This document shows positions 19,950-36,116 of a DNA stretch of 64,000 nucleotides, piece by piece. Position numbers and translations under genes: made by a program. Within the stretch, counting starts at the first letter, position 1; every line of letters starts with the position of its first letter. This DNA is from the human T2T-CHM13v2.0 reference genome, Homo sapiens. The notes under the pieces are model-generated. The model was given only the letters and a program-made list of their open reading frames with translations, did not search any database and had not been told where the DNA came from. Location: the NCBI RefSeq assembly GCF_009914755.1, contig NC_060928.1; one strand, given 5' to 3'.

Positions 19950-20167
19950 CAGAGATTGGAAAACTCTTCTCTATAAAGGGCAAGATGGTAAATATTTTAG
20001 GGACTGCAGGCCACATAGGATTTCTGTCACATTGTTTGGTGGGGTTTTTTTGTTTATTTTGTTTTTTAAAAACTCCTTGAAAATGTAAAAACCATTCTTA
20101 GTTTACTGGCCATACAAACACAAGCTGTGAGGCACATTAGCCGTAGGTTCTGGTTTCCTAACTTCTG
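19950..20167 (+). mobile_element. MER58-like hAT-Charlie DNA transposon fossil
   Basis: cagagattggaaaactc...aaagggcaagatggtaaatattttaggg...aaaatgtaaaaaccattcttag...taacttctg. Confidence 0.7.
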
Positions 20168-21476
20168 ATCCAGAAGAACAAACACAAGGCCTACCAACCA
20201 CCCCAACATCTAAAATCATCACTAATCATGTACTCAGCAACTGCTCATTATTAGGAGGCTATGCTAGTTTCTGAAAAGCAGAAGTAGTAAATGATAACTG
20301 GGGCTATAGTGCATCCTAATATAACCATGTTTCATTCCAGGAAGGCGACAGAGAGTAAGATGATGAGAAGGATGTTTAGAATCAAGAAGAATTTGCCTCT
20401 GATAGAGCATGGGTTCTGTGAAGTAAAATGGAAAGGAGCACTAGATAAGAACTGAATAGGGTTAAATATGTATGGGAAAAGTAACAAGGTGCTCAGAGAC
20501 ATGAATTTGAAGACTTCTGTGCAGAAAGTGACAGGCTCATTAATACCATCTCATGTTGAAGTTATTTCTAAAGTCAGTCCATTGTGATCACATTTCTCTC
20601 AAGAATATCTTCTAATTTTATTTTAGATCACATTAGATCACATTGTCTCCATTGATCAAAAACACTAAATACTAAAAAGTTAGTATTTAAAAACCACAAA
20701 TAATCTTTTACCAAAGCTAGTGTAATTGTAGTAACTAAAGCAAAAAGTACCATTTAATTATCAAAGCAACAGAGGTAGCTTTCCTCCCTCCACCCCTTAC
20801 CCTTTTCAGAGTACCCACTTATATGGTCATATTTCAGAAAAGAAATGAAGAAAAGAGAAAGTTAGGTTTGACAGAGTACAAAGGAGGAGAGACAAGAGAG
20901 TGAAAATAGTATTAAGTTGCATATTACCTGTATCAGCCAAATCTTTACCTTTTCATTTTTTATATTTTTACTTCAGTTATCTTATGGAAATTTCTTAAAC
21001 AGAGAGAGTTAGGTGTCAGGTATGTGAAAAGACATGAAATTTGTGTTCAGAAGTATGAGATGAGGCAAATGTGATACTACCAAAAACAGAGGAAGTCATT
21101 TCGTAGAAAAAACTTTTAGCCTGTTTTTGAAGAGGCTTCACATCTAGCACATCTATTTTTGAAGTGTGAAAAGCAAGAGAGTGCTTCATTTTGGGGGAGT
21201 GTTGCTTCTTCCCATAGACAGAAACATATGTGAAGAACAAGGGTCACCACAGCTAACTGTTCCTGATAGACTCAGAGAAAGGGTGGGTGGGCAATGTCAA
21301 TTTGTCTTATCTCCCTGTACCATTTTGTTGCTATTTTCATTAATAACAGGTAGGATGGTTTTATGGTAATATATATGTCACTGATCTGGATCAACTAGGC
21401 CACCAACACAAATCTGAATACTGAGAGGAGAAAGATACACACACACACACACGTTTTCTTTGGGACCTGTAGTTGA

Positions 21477-21881
<405 letters not shown>

Positions 21882-21934
21882 TAGATAAATGTGTTGTGTG
21901 GTATATTAAAAATGAAAATTATTTTGGTTTTGCC

Positions 21935-22135
21935 CCCATCAACTTGTAAGTTCTGGGGTACACATGCAGGATGTGCAGGTTTGTTATACAGGTAAACATG
22001 TGCCATGGTGATTTGCTGCACAGATCAACCCATTACCTAGGTATTAAGCCCAGCATCTTCCTGATGCACCCCTACCAATAGGCGCCAGTGTGTGTTGTCC
22101 CCACTCCCCCACCATGTGTCCATGTGCTCTTATTG
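21935..22135 (-). mobile_element. Old L1PA (PA13-16-like) 3' end fragment
   Basis: ggggtacacatgcaggatgtgcaggtttgttatacaggtaaacatgtgccatggtg, a reverse-complement L1PA 3'UTR. Confidence 0.75.
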
Positions 22136-23932
22136 TAAAATGAACATTGTTAATTTTGGAAAGTTATATCAATCATGGTCTTAGTTCTGTGCCAGAGTCT
22201 TCTCTAAAGTAGCAAGGGCCAGGCTTTGTTCTCAGAGATGGTAATGAGATATTGCACCATCAACATGGAAAACATGGAAAAGTCTGGATTTTATTCTATA
22301 ATAAACAGCAACTTTTTTTAACAGGTAAGTGATACGATGAAATTCATTGTAATTTGGCAGTAGGCCAAATTAGTAGAGGAGCTAATAGTTTGGAGATAAA
22401 CACAGTAAACCAGAACTGAGGTAACAAGACCTTGAATTTTGTTGGTTAGTAGCAAAGATATAGCAAAATGATGCAAATGAGCTCTTCCAAAATGGGAAAA
22501 AGAAAATACATTGGTGACAAAACACTGGAATGAAAGAGAAGAAAAGTTTAAAGATGACCCCAAAGTTTTAAACCTAAACTTAACCTACTGTTTTAGGTTT
22601 CTAAAACAGTACTATTTATTGAAATAAGTAAGTTTGAAAATATGATTGAGAGAGAGAGAGGGGAGAATGAAACATTTTTCCTTAGACATGTTGAGTCTGT
22701 GGTTTAGGAGGGGTTCTACATGTAGATTATGCTACAAAACTTTTACCCATCAAAATAGATTACAGCTGTAGTAATAACAATAGAACATTATTCATGAATA
22801 CTAAGTTATTGTCTTTCCATAGCCTCCTGCTTTATGTCTGCAGTTTGTAAAAAGAAAAAAAATCCAAAATTTGGGATGGTATTGGCCTGGCCATTAACAA
22901 AAGCAAACCAGTTTGCTTAAAACTAGCCATCTTTGCTGCTTCATGAAGTCAAATTTCTCTACTGATTCATTTCCAAGCTCAGAGGAACTAAGTTAAATAA
23001 TTTAGAATATGCTAAAGATGCTTGATAAGTGTTTATTGACTGGTTGACTTAACACTAAGTAAATACTGTTCACTTAGGTTAGCTGTGAAATATAATTAGA
23101 TAGAACCTTGTCTCTGCTCCCTTTTAACTGGCTTCTGCAGGTAATAATCCCTTCTGTTCTCAGAACTGCCATTGCAGTTTCATCTATTTGTTCTTAACTC
23201 ATATGACTTTTTAAAGTGAGGTCAAAACAGAAGTATGACTTTTAAAAGTTTCATTTACAAAGCTGAAAGTTTCTTTAAAGTGTTATCTACAACTGTGTTA
23301 ACTTCCTTTCTGGAAAGCCTGCTCATAAAGTAGCACTTGTTGATTATATAAGATGCTTTTTGTGTTTAAATACGTGTCATTCTTTTTTTTCACAACATTC
23401 CCGAATCTTACATAATAAATCTTATTTTAATTATTTAGCAAATTCCATTGCATGCCAGGCAATGAAGAAGTAAGTAAAATAAAACATTTTCCTTCCCATT
23501 TAGGAATTTACTTACCAGTGGGGGTGAAGAGAGGGCTAAAAACATAACTATAATACATTGTGAGTATTGCTTTATCAGATCTATCTTTGCAGTTGAGTAT
23601 TACAAAAGCACTAGAAGATGAGGTCAAAGCGGTCCCTTGAGGAAGGGATGACTACACCAAGGAAGGATAGGGAGAGAGGGAGGAAAAGGGAGGCACTTCA
23701 AGCAGAGGCATGTTCAGAAGTTCCAAAGAACATTTTGCTCTCAATGGAATGGCTTTGGATGTTTATTACATTTTTTTTTTCACTAAGTTTTGTATTTCTA
23801 ATGCCTTAGACAAAAAATTGTGCTGGACAATGATCAGAACCCTGACTTTGCTCTTATCTTTGCTTAATGGGTGTTGTATATCACTAGTGGAGTTTCTTAC
23901 CTACATTTAAGTATCCTCACTAGCCTTCATAA

Positions 23933-25459
<1,527 letters not shown>

Positions 25460-25778
25460 TATCACCCCCTTTTGTTGGTTACCTCACTTGAAAAGACCAC
25501 AACCAACCTGTCAGTAGTATAGTTCTCATGACGTGGGCAGTGGGGAAAGGTCACAGTATTCATGACAAATGTGGTGGGAAAAACCTCAGCTCACCAGCAA
25601 CAAAAGAGGTTATCTTACCATAGCACTTAATTTTCACTGGCTCCCAAGTGGTCACAGATGGCATCTAGGAAAAGACCAAAGCATTCTATGCAAAAAGAAG
25701 GTGGGGAAGAAAGTGTTCCGCAATTTACATTTTTAAACACTGGTTCTATTATTGGACGAGATGATATGTAAATGTGAT

Positions 25779-25794
25779 CCCCCCCCCCCCCCCC
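25779..25794. repeat. C16 homopolymer in the 3'UTR
   Basis: 16 consecutive C. Confidence 0.95.
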
Positions 25795-25869
25795 GCTTAC
25801 AACTCTACACATCTGTGACCACTTTTAATAATATCAAGTTTGCATAGTCATGGAACACAAATCAAACAA

Positions 25870-27108
25870 GTACTGTAGTATTACAGTGACAGGAATCTTA
25901 AAATACCATCTGGTGCTGAATATATGATGTACTGAAATACTGGAATTATGGCTTTTTGAAATGCAGTTTTTACTGTAATCTTAACTTTTATTTATCAAAA
26001 TAGCTACAGGAAACATGAATAGCAGGAAAACACTGAATTTGTTTGGATGTTCTAAGAAATGGTGCTAAGAAAATGGTGTCTTTAATAGCTAAAAATTTAA
26101 TGCCTTTATATCATCAAGATGCTATCAGTGTACTCCAGTGCCCTTGAATAATAGGGGTACCTTTTCATTCAAGTTTTTATCATAATTACCTATTCTTACA
26201 CAAGCTTAGTTTTTAAAATGTGGACATTTTAAAGGCCTCTGGATTTTGCTCATCCAGTGAAGTCCTTGTAGGACAATAAACGTATATATGTACATATATA
26301 CACAAACATGTATATGTGCACACACATGTATATGTATAAATATTTTAAATGGTGTTTTAGAAGCACTTTGTCTACCTAAGCTTTGACAACTTGAACAATG
26401 CTAAGGTACTGAGATGTTTAAAAAACAAGTTTACTTTCATTTTAGAATGCAAAGTTGATTTTTTTAAGGAAACAAAGAAAGCTTTTAAAATATTTTTGCT
26501 TTTAGCCATGCATCTGCTGATGAGCAATTGTGTCCATTTTTAACACAGCCAGTTAAATCCACCATGGGGCTTACTGGATTCAAGGGAATACGTTAGTCCA
26601 CAAAACATGTTTTCTGGTGCTCATCTCACATGCTATACTGTAAAACAGTTTTATACAAAATTGTATGACAAGTTCATTGCTCAAAAATGTACAGTTTTAA
26701 GAATTTTCTATTAACTGCAGGTAATAATTAGCTGCATGCTGCAGACTCAACAAAGCTAGTTCACTGAAGCCTATGCTATTTTATGGATCATAGGCTCTTC
26801 AGAGAACTGAATGGCAGTCTGCCTTTGTGTTGATAATTATGTACATTGTGACGTTGTCATTTCTTAGCTTAAGTGTCCTCTTTAACAAGAGGATTGAGCA
26901 GACTGATGCCTGCATAAGATGAATAAACAGGGTTAGTTCCATGTGAATCTGTCAGTTAAAAAGAAACAAAAACAGGCAGCTGGTTTGCTGTGGTGGTTTT
27001 AAATCATTAATTTGTATAAAGAAGTGAAAGAGTTGTATAGTAAATTAAATTGTAAACAAAACTTTTTTAATGCAATGCTTTAGTATTTTAGTACTGTAAA
27101 AAAATTAA

Positions 27109-27149
<41 letters not shown>

Positions 27150-28432
27150 TTTGAAGCAGAATTCACATCATGATGGTGCTACTCAGCCTGCTACAAATAT
27201 ATCATAATGTGAGCTAAGAATTCATTAAATGTTTGAGTGATGTTCCTACTTGTCATATACCTCAACACTAGTTTGGCAATAGGATATTGAACTGAGAGTG
27301 AAAGCATTGTGTACCATCATTTTTTTCCAAGTCCTTTTTTTTATTGTTAAAAAAAAAAGCATACCTTTTTTCAATACTTGATTTCTTAGCAAGTATAACT
27401 TGAACTTCAACCTTTTTGTTCTAAAAATTCAGGGATATTTCAGCTCATGCTCTCCCTATGCCAACATGTCACCTGTGTTTATGTAAAATTGTTGTAGGTT
27501 AATAAATATATTCTTTGTCAGGGATTTAACCCTTTTATTTTGAATCCCTTCTATTTTACTTGTACATGTGCTGATGTAACTAAAACTAATTTTGTAAATC
27601 TGTTGGCTCTTTTTATTGTAAAGAAAAGCATTTTAAAAGTTTGAGGAATCTTTTGACTGTTTCAAGCAGGAAAAAAAAATTACATGAAAATAGAATGCAC
27701 TGAGTTGATAAAGGGAAAAATTGTAAGGCAGGAGTTTGGCAAGTGGCTGTTGGCCAGAGACTTACTTGTAACTCTCTAAATGAAGTTTTTTTGATCCTGT
27801 AATCACTGAAGGTACATACTCCATGTGGACTTCCCTTAAACAGGCAAACACCTACAGGTATGGTGTGCAACAGATTGTACAATTACATTTTGGCCTAAAT
27901 ACATTTTTGCTTACTAGTATTTAAAATAAATTCTTAATCAGAGGAGGCCTTTGGGTTTTATTGGTCAAATCTTTGTAAGCTGGCTTTTGTCTTTTTAAAA
28001 AATTTCTTGAATTTGTGGTTGTGTCCAATTTGCAAACATTTCCAAAAATGTTTGCTTTGCTTACAAACCACATGATTTTAATGTTTTTTGTATACCATAA
28101 TATCTAGCCCCAAACATTTGATTACTACATGTGCATTGGTGATTTTGATCATCCATTCTTAATATTTGATTTCTGTGTCACCTACTGTCATTTGTTAAAC
28201 TGCTGGCCAACAAGAACAGGAAGTATAGTTTGGGGGGTTGGGGAGAGTTTACATAAGGAAGAGAAGAAATTGAGTGGCATATTGTAAATATCAGATCTAT
28301 AATTGTAAATATAAAACCTGCCTCAGTTAGAATGAATGGAAAGCAGATCTACAATTTGCTAATATAGGAATATCAGGTTGACTATATAGCCATACTTGAA
28401 AATGCTTCTGAGTGGTGTCAACTTTACTTGAA
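25870..28432 (+). promoter_or_regulatory. miRNA seed matches in the TET2 3'UTR (miR-29 x4, miR-26, miR-101 x2, miR-22)
   Basis: TGGTGCT(A) at 25911, 26060, 26615, 27174; TACTTGA(A) at 27375, 28393, 28425; GTACTGTA at 25870, 27091; GGCAGCT at 26975. These miRNA families are known TET2 repressors. Confidence 0.8.
27109..27146. repeat. (TA)n microsatellite in the 3'UTR
   Basis: atatatacatatatatat... run. Confidence 0.95.
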
Positions 28433-28714
28433 TGAATTTTTCATCTTGATTGACGCACAGTGATGTACAGTTCACTTCTGAAGCTAGTGGTTAACTTGTG
28501 TAGGAAACTTTTGCAGTTTGACACTAAGATAACTTCTGTGTGCATTTTTCTATGCTTTTTTAAAAACTAGTTTCATTTCATTTTCATGAGATGTTTGGTT
28601 TATAAGATCTGAGGATGGTTATAAATACTGTAAGTATTGTAATGTTATGAATGCAGGTTATTTGAAAGCTGTTTATTATTATATCATTCCTGATAATGCT
28701 ATGTGAGTGTTTTT

Positions 28715-28720
28715 AATAAA
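28715..28720 (+). terminator. TET2: Distal polyadenylation signal of TET2
   Basis: AATAAA with a U-rich upstream element and GU-rich gtgttgtctt ~27 nt downstream. Confidence 0.85.
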
Positions 28721-30822
28721 ATTTATATTTATTTAATGCACTCTAAGTGTTGTCTTCCTGAAGTTTTTTTAGTGCTTGAATGACTGCCACCTCAATGAAG
28801 AAAAGGGAATAAAAAATAATTTTTAAAGACACTTTTAAGATAGATAGTTAGTCTTATGTTAAACTATATCTAAGATAATACCCAAATAATTAAGGCCGAA
28901 GTATTTCTCTGGTTAAATGGTGTAGATATTCACTCACTTTTCCTTCCAACTAACTTGTTAGTGTATTCACTTTGCATGTGTAGACAGTGTAAATCAGATA
29001 GAGAGTAAAGCACCTCTAATCTTAGATTGCCCCCTCCAGTGTTTTGTGAAGGGTTTCAGTGATATAGCAGGTGCACTAAGGTTGAATTCATATTGCTTAG
29101 AACTAAGGCCAACTCTGTTTTCAGACTCTCACCTTCCACTTCTTGCCTACTCTTCTTAAGGGAAGATACTTCTTCCTGTACATCAGAAAGGCAGGGTGGT
29201 AGGCTGGAGGAATGGGGAGAGGAGGCCTGGAAGGTATCAGACAAATATACTTGTCCTCATCTAGTCCCACATGGCTTCAAGGAGCTTGAGGCTAAATCAT
29301 CCTCATCTCTACCCATTCTCTGCCATGTGAATCATCCCATACATAATATCAGTGCACTCCAGCTGAAACACTTCCTAGAACCACAAGATGCTAAACAATA
29401 GTTGTGGGAATCTTCCAGCCCTCCATTCCTTCCCAAATTGGCAGAGAAATCATTTTCATCATGCATGAAGTAAAGGAATTCCCTTTCTCACATTTCTCTC
29501 TGTTCAGCCTGGGCCAAATCTGATTCAAATAGTGCAACCCAGGAAATGACTACCATTTAGTAACCTCTGAGCTTATTGACTGGGAGATTCCTCCAGGACT
29601 CTGCAAGCCAGGATATTAAGAGAAGCCACAACATCACTGTTAAAACACAATGATCTAATGACTTGGCTTTTGTTTTAATTTCAACCCTCTGAGCACATTG
29701 TCAACCCTCATTTCACCATCCATCATCTGGCTGAACCTTGGGAACCTCCCACTCCACATTTGCAAGTCTCCACTGCCCAGGGCAGGGAGAATTTTAGACT
29801 CCACAAGCTCAAAAGCCTTTCCTGCTAGAGCCCCATTCTGCTAGGATCTCTACTAGTGGAGGCTGGTGATGCTAGCACACCATAAATGAACGTGTGGGAA
29901 GGCCTGCTGCTTCTGAGCCTGCAGGTGGACTTGAACAGGGGAAACAGCTGGAAATGACAGATGAGCCAGCATTCACAAAGCTTTATTGGCCCCTTGCCTC
30001 TCCTGGAAAGACATAACAAGGCCAAACCTTTTCTTGTAGGCACACACAGCTGCCCTGTCACACAGTACCACCCGTTTCTTCCTCACTTTTTTTCAGTTGG
30101 TTTATCATAAAAATCCTTCCACTATGGGTAATTCTAGCTTATCTTTGAGTCCTGCCTGATTCCACTGCCCAGCACTCATCGGCTGTGTAAGAGCCAGACT
30201 TAGCGAGAAAAGTCATTTTTCAACAAGGCACCTAATCCGTAGAGTGTGGGGAATTTTAGATTGATTTTGTTGGTTTAAAGGCCATCTGGAGGCGAGTATC
30301 AAAAAAAGAAAAAAGGGTGTGGGGAAGCATCTTTTCTTCCCTTAATTGATTTGAGGGAAGTGCTTGTTTCATGAAGACACTTGTTTATTAACTTCAATCA
30401 CCCAACTTATCCGTAAGGCGTCAGGGACTTTATCTTCCCCACCCCCATTGCCCCCCTCCCCCAATACACTCACAGTTGTTGAAAGAATGAAAAAGTGTTC
30501 ACAAAAGATGCTTAGAATTAACTCATTTATGTTATTTTGGTTTTACTAGGAGAATTGTTTCAAAGAACGAAGATGCTTTTGTTCCCATATATTAGAGGCT
30601 ACCTGCCTAAATTCTCTCTAACCAGGTAGTTTCTCACAAACTTCCTTGGTTTTCTCATCCAACATTCACTCTTTAAAAGAGCCACACTTTCCCTCACATA
30701 TATACTCAACAAATATAGTTTTTTGGAGGGATTTCTTTTTATGCTGTTTCAATTTGGCATTTTACTCCCTAATGAGGTTTTTTTTGGCACAAATGTATGA
30801 GGTATGTGAGAAAGTTTGTTAC

Positions 30823-31411
<589 letters not shown>

Positions 31412-31828
31412 TGATCAAATTTTTTAGCTCCCACAGATAACCCACATATAACATATGATATTTGTCTTATGCCTGGCTTATTTCACTTAAAATAATGACC
31501 CCTCAGTGTCATCTACGTTGCTGCAAGTGACAAGATTTCGTTCTTTTCTGTGGTTGCTCCATTATGTGTAGAAACCACATTTTCTTTATCTATTCATCCA
31601 CTGATGGACATATAGGTTATCCCATGTCTTTACTGTTGTGAATAGTGCTGCCATAAATATGCAGTGCAGAGATCCCTTTGATGTACTGACATCTTTCCCT
31701 TTAGGTCGTAGTAGGATTGCTGGATTGAATGATAGTTCTATTCTTAGTTTTTTAAGAAATTTCTATACTGTCTTCTATAGTGGCTGTAAAATTTACATTC
31801 CCACAAACAATGTAAAAAGAGTTCCCTT

Positions 31829-32137
<309 letters not shown>

Positions 32138-32953
32138 GAGTTCCCTTTTTTCTGCATCCTTGCCAACATGTGTTTATTTTGTTTTGTTTTGTTTTACTAA
32201 TAGCTATTATGAATGGCAATAAGATGATATCTCATTGTGGATATGATTTACATTTCTCTGATTATTACTGAAATACATTACTGATTATTACTGATCATAA
32301 GCCTGTTTGCCATACAAATGGCAAATAATCAGTAATAATCTATATCAGTATAGATTGTATCATTCTGATTATTACTGATTATAAACCTGTTTGCCATCTG
32401 TACATCTTCTTTTGAGAAATGTCTATTCACTTACTTTGCCTACTTTTTAAAAAGATTTGTGCTTTTTTCCTGTTCCTTCTACATTCTGATATTAGTCCCC
32501 TGTCAGATGAACAGTTTGCAAATATTTTCTCTCATTTAAAACAAGTTGTTCTCTCACTCTGTTCATTGTTTCCTTTGCTATGCAGCAGCTTTTTAGTTTA
32601 ATATAGTCTCATTTGGCTATTTTTGTCTTTGTTGGCTATGCTTTTGAAGTCTTAGTCATAAATTCTTTGCTTTGACCAATATCCAGGAATGTTTTCTCTA
32701 GGTTTTCTTTCTATTGTTTTCACAGTTTTAGGTTTTACATTTACATCTTTAATCCATCTTGAGTTGATTTTTGTATATGGTGAGAGATCGGGTCTAGTTT
32801 CATTCTTCTGCATGTGGCTGTACAATTTTTCCAGCACCATTTATTGAATAGGGTGTCCTTTTTCTATTGTAAGTTCTTGTCAGCTTTGTCAAAAAACAGT
32901 TGACTATAAATATGTGGCTTTATTGCTGGATTCTCTATTCTGGTCCACTAGTC

Positions 32954-33080
32954 TATATATATATATACATATATATATATACACACACATATATATATAT
33001 ATATATACGTGTATATATATATGTATATATATATATACGTATATATATATATGTATATATATATACACATATATATATAT
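32954..33080. repeat. Compound (TA)n microsatellite
   Basis: ~125 bp of TA with CA, TG and CG interruptions. Confidence 0.95.
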
Positions 33081-35370
33081 TTTTTTTTTAACCAGTACCA
33101 TACTGTTTTGGTTACTTGTAATATATTTTGAAGTTAGGTAACATGGTGCTTCCAGCTTTGTTCTTTTTGCTCAGGATTGCTTTGGCTATTTAGGCTCTTT
33201 GGGTTTCATATATATGTTAGTATTTTTCTAATTCTGTAAAGAAATAAAATGGTATTTTGATAGGAATCGTGTTGAATCTATAGATTGCCATGGCCAATGT
33301 GGTCATTTTAATATTAATTTTTCCAACCCATGAGCATGGATACTTTTCTATTTGTGTTGCCTTCAGTTTCTTTCATCAACGTTTTGTTCTTTTCCTTGTA
33401 GAGATCTTTTACCTCCTTGGTTAAATTTATTCCTAGGGTTTTTTTTTGGTGGGGGAGGGGGAGCGCTTATCTATTGTAAATGGGATTTCTTTCTCAGCTA
33501 CATGATTAGTGAATAGAAATGCTACTGATTTTTGTATCCTAATTTTGTGTCCTGCAACTTTAATTCATTTGTCCGATCTAAGAGTTTTTTTCATGGAGTC
33601 TCTAGGTTTGTCTAGATATAAGATCATCCCATTAGCAAAGAAGAACAATTTGACTTCCTCTTTGCAAATTTGGATGCCTTTTCTCCTTCCTGATTGCTCA
33701 GGGAACACTTCCAGTATGAAGTTGAATAAAAGGGTAAAAGTGGTCATTTTTGCCTTGTTCCAGTTCTTAGTAAAGGCTTTCAACTTTTGCCAATTGGGTA
33801 TGATGTTAGCTATGTGTTTGTCATATGTGGCCTTTATTGTTTTTAGGTGTGTTCTATGTCCAGTTTGAGTTTTCATCATGAATTGTTGAATTTTATCAAA
33901 TGCTTTTTCTGCATCTATTAAGAAAATCATATGGTTTTTATCCTTCATTTTTTGTCGATATACCATGTTTATTGATTTACATATATTGAGCAATCCTTGC
34001 ATCCCTGGGATAAATCTCACTTGGTTGTGGTGTATTATCGTTTTGTTCTGCTGTTGGATTTCATTTGCTAGTATTTTGTTGATGATTTTTGCCATCTATA
34101 TTCATCAGAGATATTGGCCCTGTTTTCTTTTTCCTCGTATCCTTGTCTGATTTTTGGCATCAGGGTGATGCTGGCCTTGTTGAATGAGTTAGAATTCTCT
34201 CACCTTTAATTTTTTGGAATAGTTTCAGAAACATTGGTAGTAGTGATTTTTGTACATTTGGTAGAATTTGGCTAAGGATCCATTCAGGAGACTTGTTATT
34301 ACTGATTCAATTTTACTACTCATTGTTGATCTGTTCAGGTTTTCTATTTCTTTTTGATTCAATCTTAATAAGATGAATGTTTCTAAGAACTTACTCATTT
34401 CATTTAGATTTTCCAGTTTGTTGTATATAGTTGTTTGTAATAGTCTCCGATAAATGTTTGTGTTTGTATTTCTGTGTTATCAGTTGTAATGTCTCCTTTT
34501 TCATCTGATCGTATTTGGATCTACGCTTCTTGGTTAGTCTACCTGGCAGTTTATCAATTTTGTTTATCTTTTTGAAGAAGCAACTTTTTGTTTTGTTGAT
34601 CCTTTGTACTTTTCTCAGTCTAGACTTCATTTAGTTCTTCTCTGATTTTTATTATTTCTTTTCTTCTGCTAATTCTGGGTTTGATTTGTTCTTGCTTTTC
34701 TAGTTCTTTGAGGTACACTGTGAGATTGTTAATTTGTAATCTTTCTACTCTTGATATAGACATTTACTGATATAAACTTCCCTCTTAGTACTGCTTTTGC
34801 TGTATCCCACAAGTTTTGGTATATTGTGTTTCCATTTTCATTTGTGTCAAAAAATGTAATTTGCATTTTAATTTCTTCAGAAGCATGTTAATTTTATAAC
34901 TATAGCTTTCAAAGTTTTTAGTATTGATTTCTAGTTGTATCCCATTGTGGTCTGAGAAGATACTTGATATGATTTTGATTTTTTGACATTTGTTGAGACT
35001 TGGTTTGCAGCCTAACATATGGTCTATCTTGAAAAATGGTCCATTTGCTGATAAAAAGAATGTGTATTCCACAGTTGTTGAATAGAATGTTCTCTAAATG
35101 TCTGTTAGGTCCATTTGGTCTGAAATCCAGTTTAAACTCAATGTTTGTTGATTTTCTGTCTAAATGATCTGTCTAATGCTGAGAATGGAATGTTGAAGTA
35201 ACCCAGTATTAATATATTGCAGTCTATCTGTTCCTGTAGATGTAGTAATATTTGCTTTATGAATCTGGGTGCTCCAGTGTTGGGTGCATATATATGTAGA
35301 ATTGTTATGTGTTCTGTCACTGAACTGATCCTTTATTGATATATAAAGCTTTAAAAAAAACCTGTTATTG

Positions 35371-36116
35371 AATACAAATCAAAACCACAATGAGATATCA
35401 TCTCATGCCAGTTAGAATGGCAATTATTAAAAAGTCAGGAAACAACAGATGCTGGCAAGGCTATGGAGAAATAGGAACACTTTTACACTGTTGGTGGGAA
35501 TGTAAATTAGTTCAACCATTGTGGAAAACTGTGGCGATTCCTGAAGGATCTAGAACCAGAAATACCATTTGACCCAGCAATCCCATTACTAGTCATAAGG
35601 AATATAATCATTCCACTATAAAGACATATGCACACGTATGTTTATTGCAGCACTATTTACAATAGCAAAGACTTGGAATCAACCCAAATGCCCATCAGTG
35701 ATAGACTGGATAAAGAAAATGTGGCACATATCCACCATGTAATACTATGCAGCCATGAAAAAGGATGAGTTCATGTCCTTTGTAGGGACATGGATGAAGC
35801 TGGAAACCATCATTCTCAGCAAACTAACACAGGAACAGAAAACCAAACACCACCTGCTCTCACTCATAAGTGAGAGCTGAACAATGAGAACACATGGACA
35901 CAGGGAGGGGAACATCACACACTGGGGCCAGTCAGGGGGCGGGGTGAGGAAGAGCATTGAGACAAATGCCTAATGCATGTGGGGCTTAATATCTAGGTGA
36001 CGGGTTGATGCGTGTGGCAGACCACTGTGGCACATGGGTACCTATGTGGCAAACCTGCATGTTCTGCACATGTATCACAGAAATTAAAGTAAAATAAAAA
36101 TTTAAAAAAGAAAAAA
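35371..36116 (+). mobile_element. 5'-truncated L1PA7/8-like insertion nested in the L1MA
   Basis: ORF2 C-terminus ([22 protein letters not shown]), 3'UTR and A tail; degenerate TSD aaaaaa(c)ctgtt(a/c)ttga. Confidence 0.88.

Larger units (their letters stand above)
25460..28745 (+). other. TET2: TET2 3'UTR (~3.3 kb)
   Basis: AU-rich segment with no recognisable transposon, running from the stop codon to the AATAAA and GU-rich downstream element; 3' end approximate. Confidence 0.85.

Noticed and set aside
29000-30300. Possible very old CR1/L3-like repeat or extra exon downstream of TET2
   Set aside because: Too degenerate to assign by eye; the ORFs there have no recognisable homology or convincing splice context.
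32900-33141. Ile/Tyr-rich ORFs (also 44710-45126)
   Set aside because: Translations of TA/CA microsatellites.
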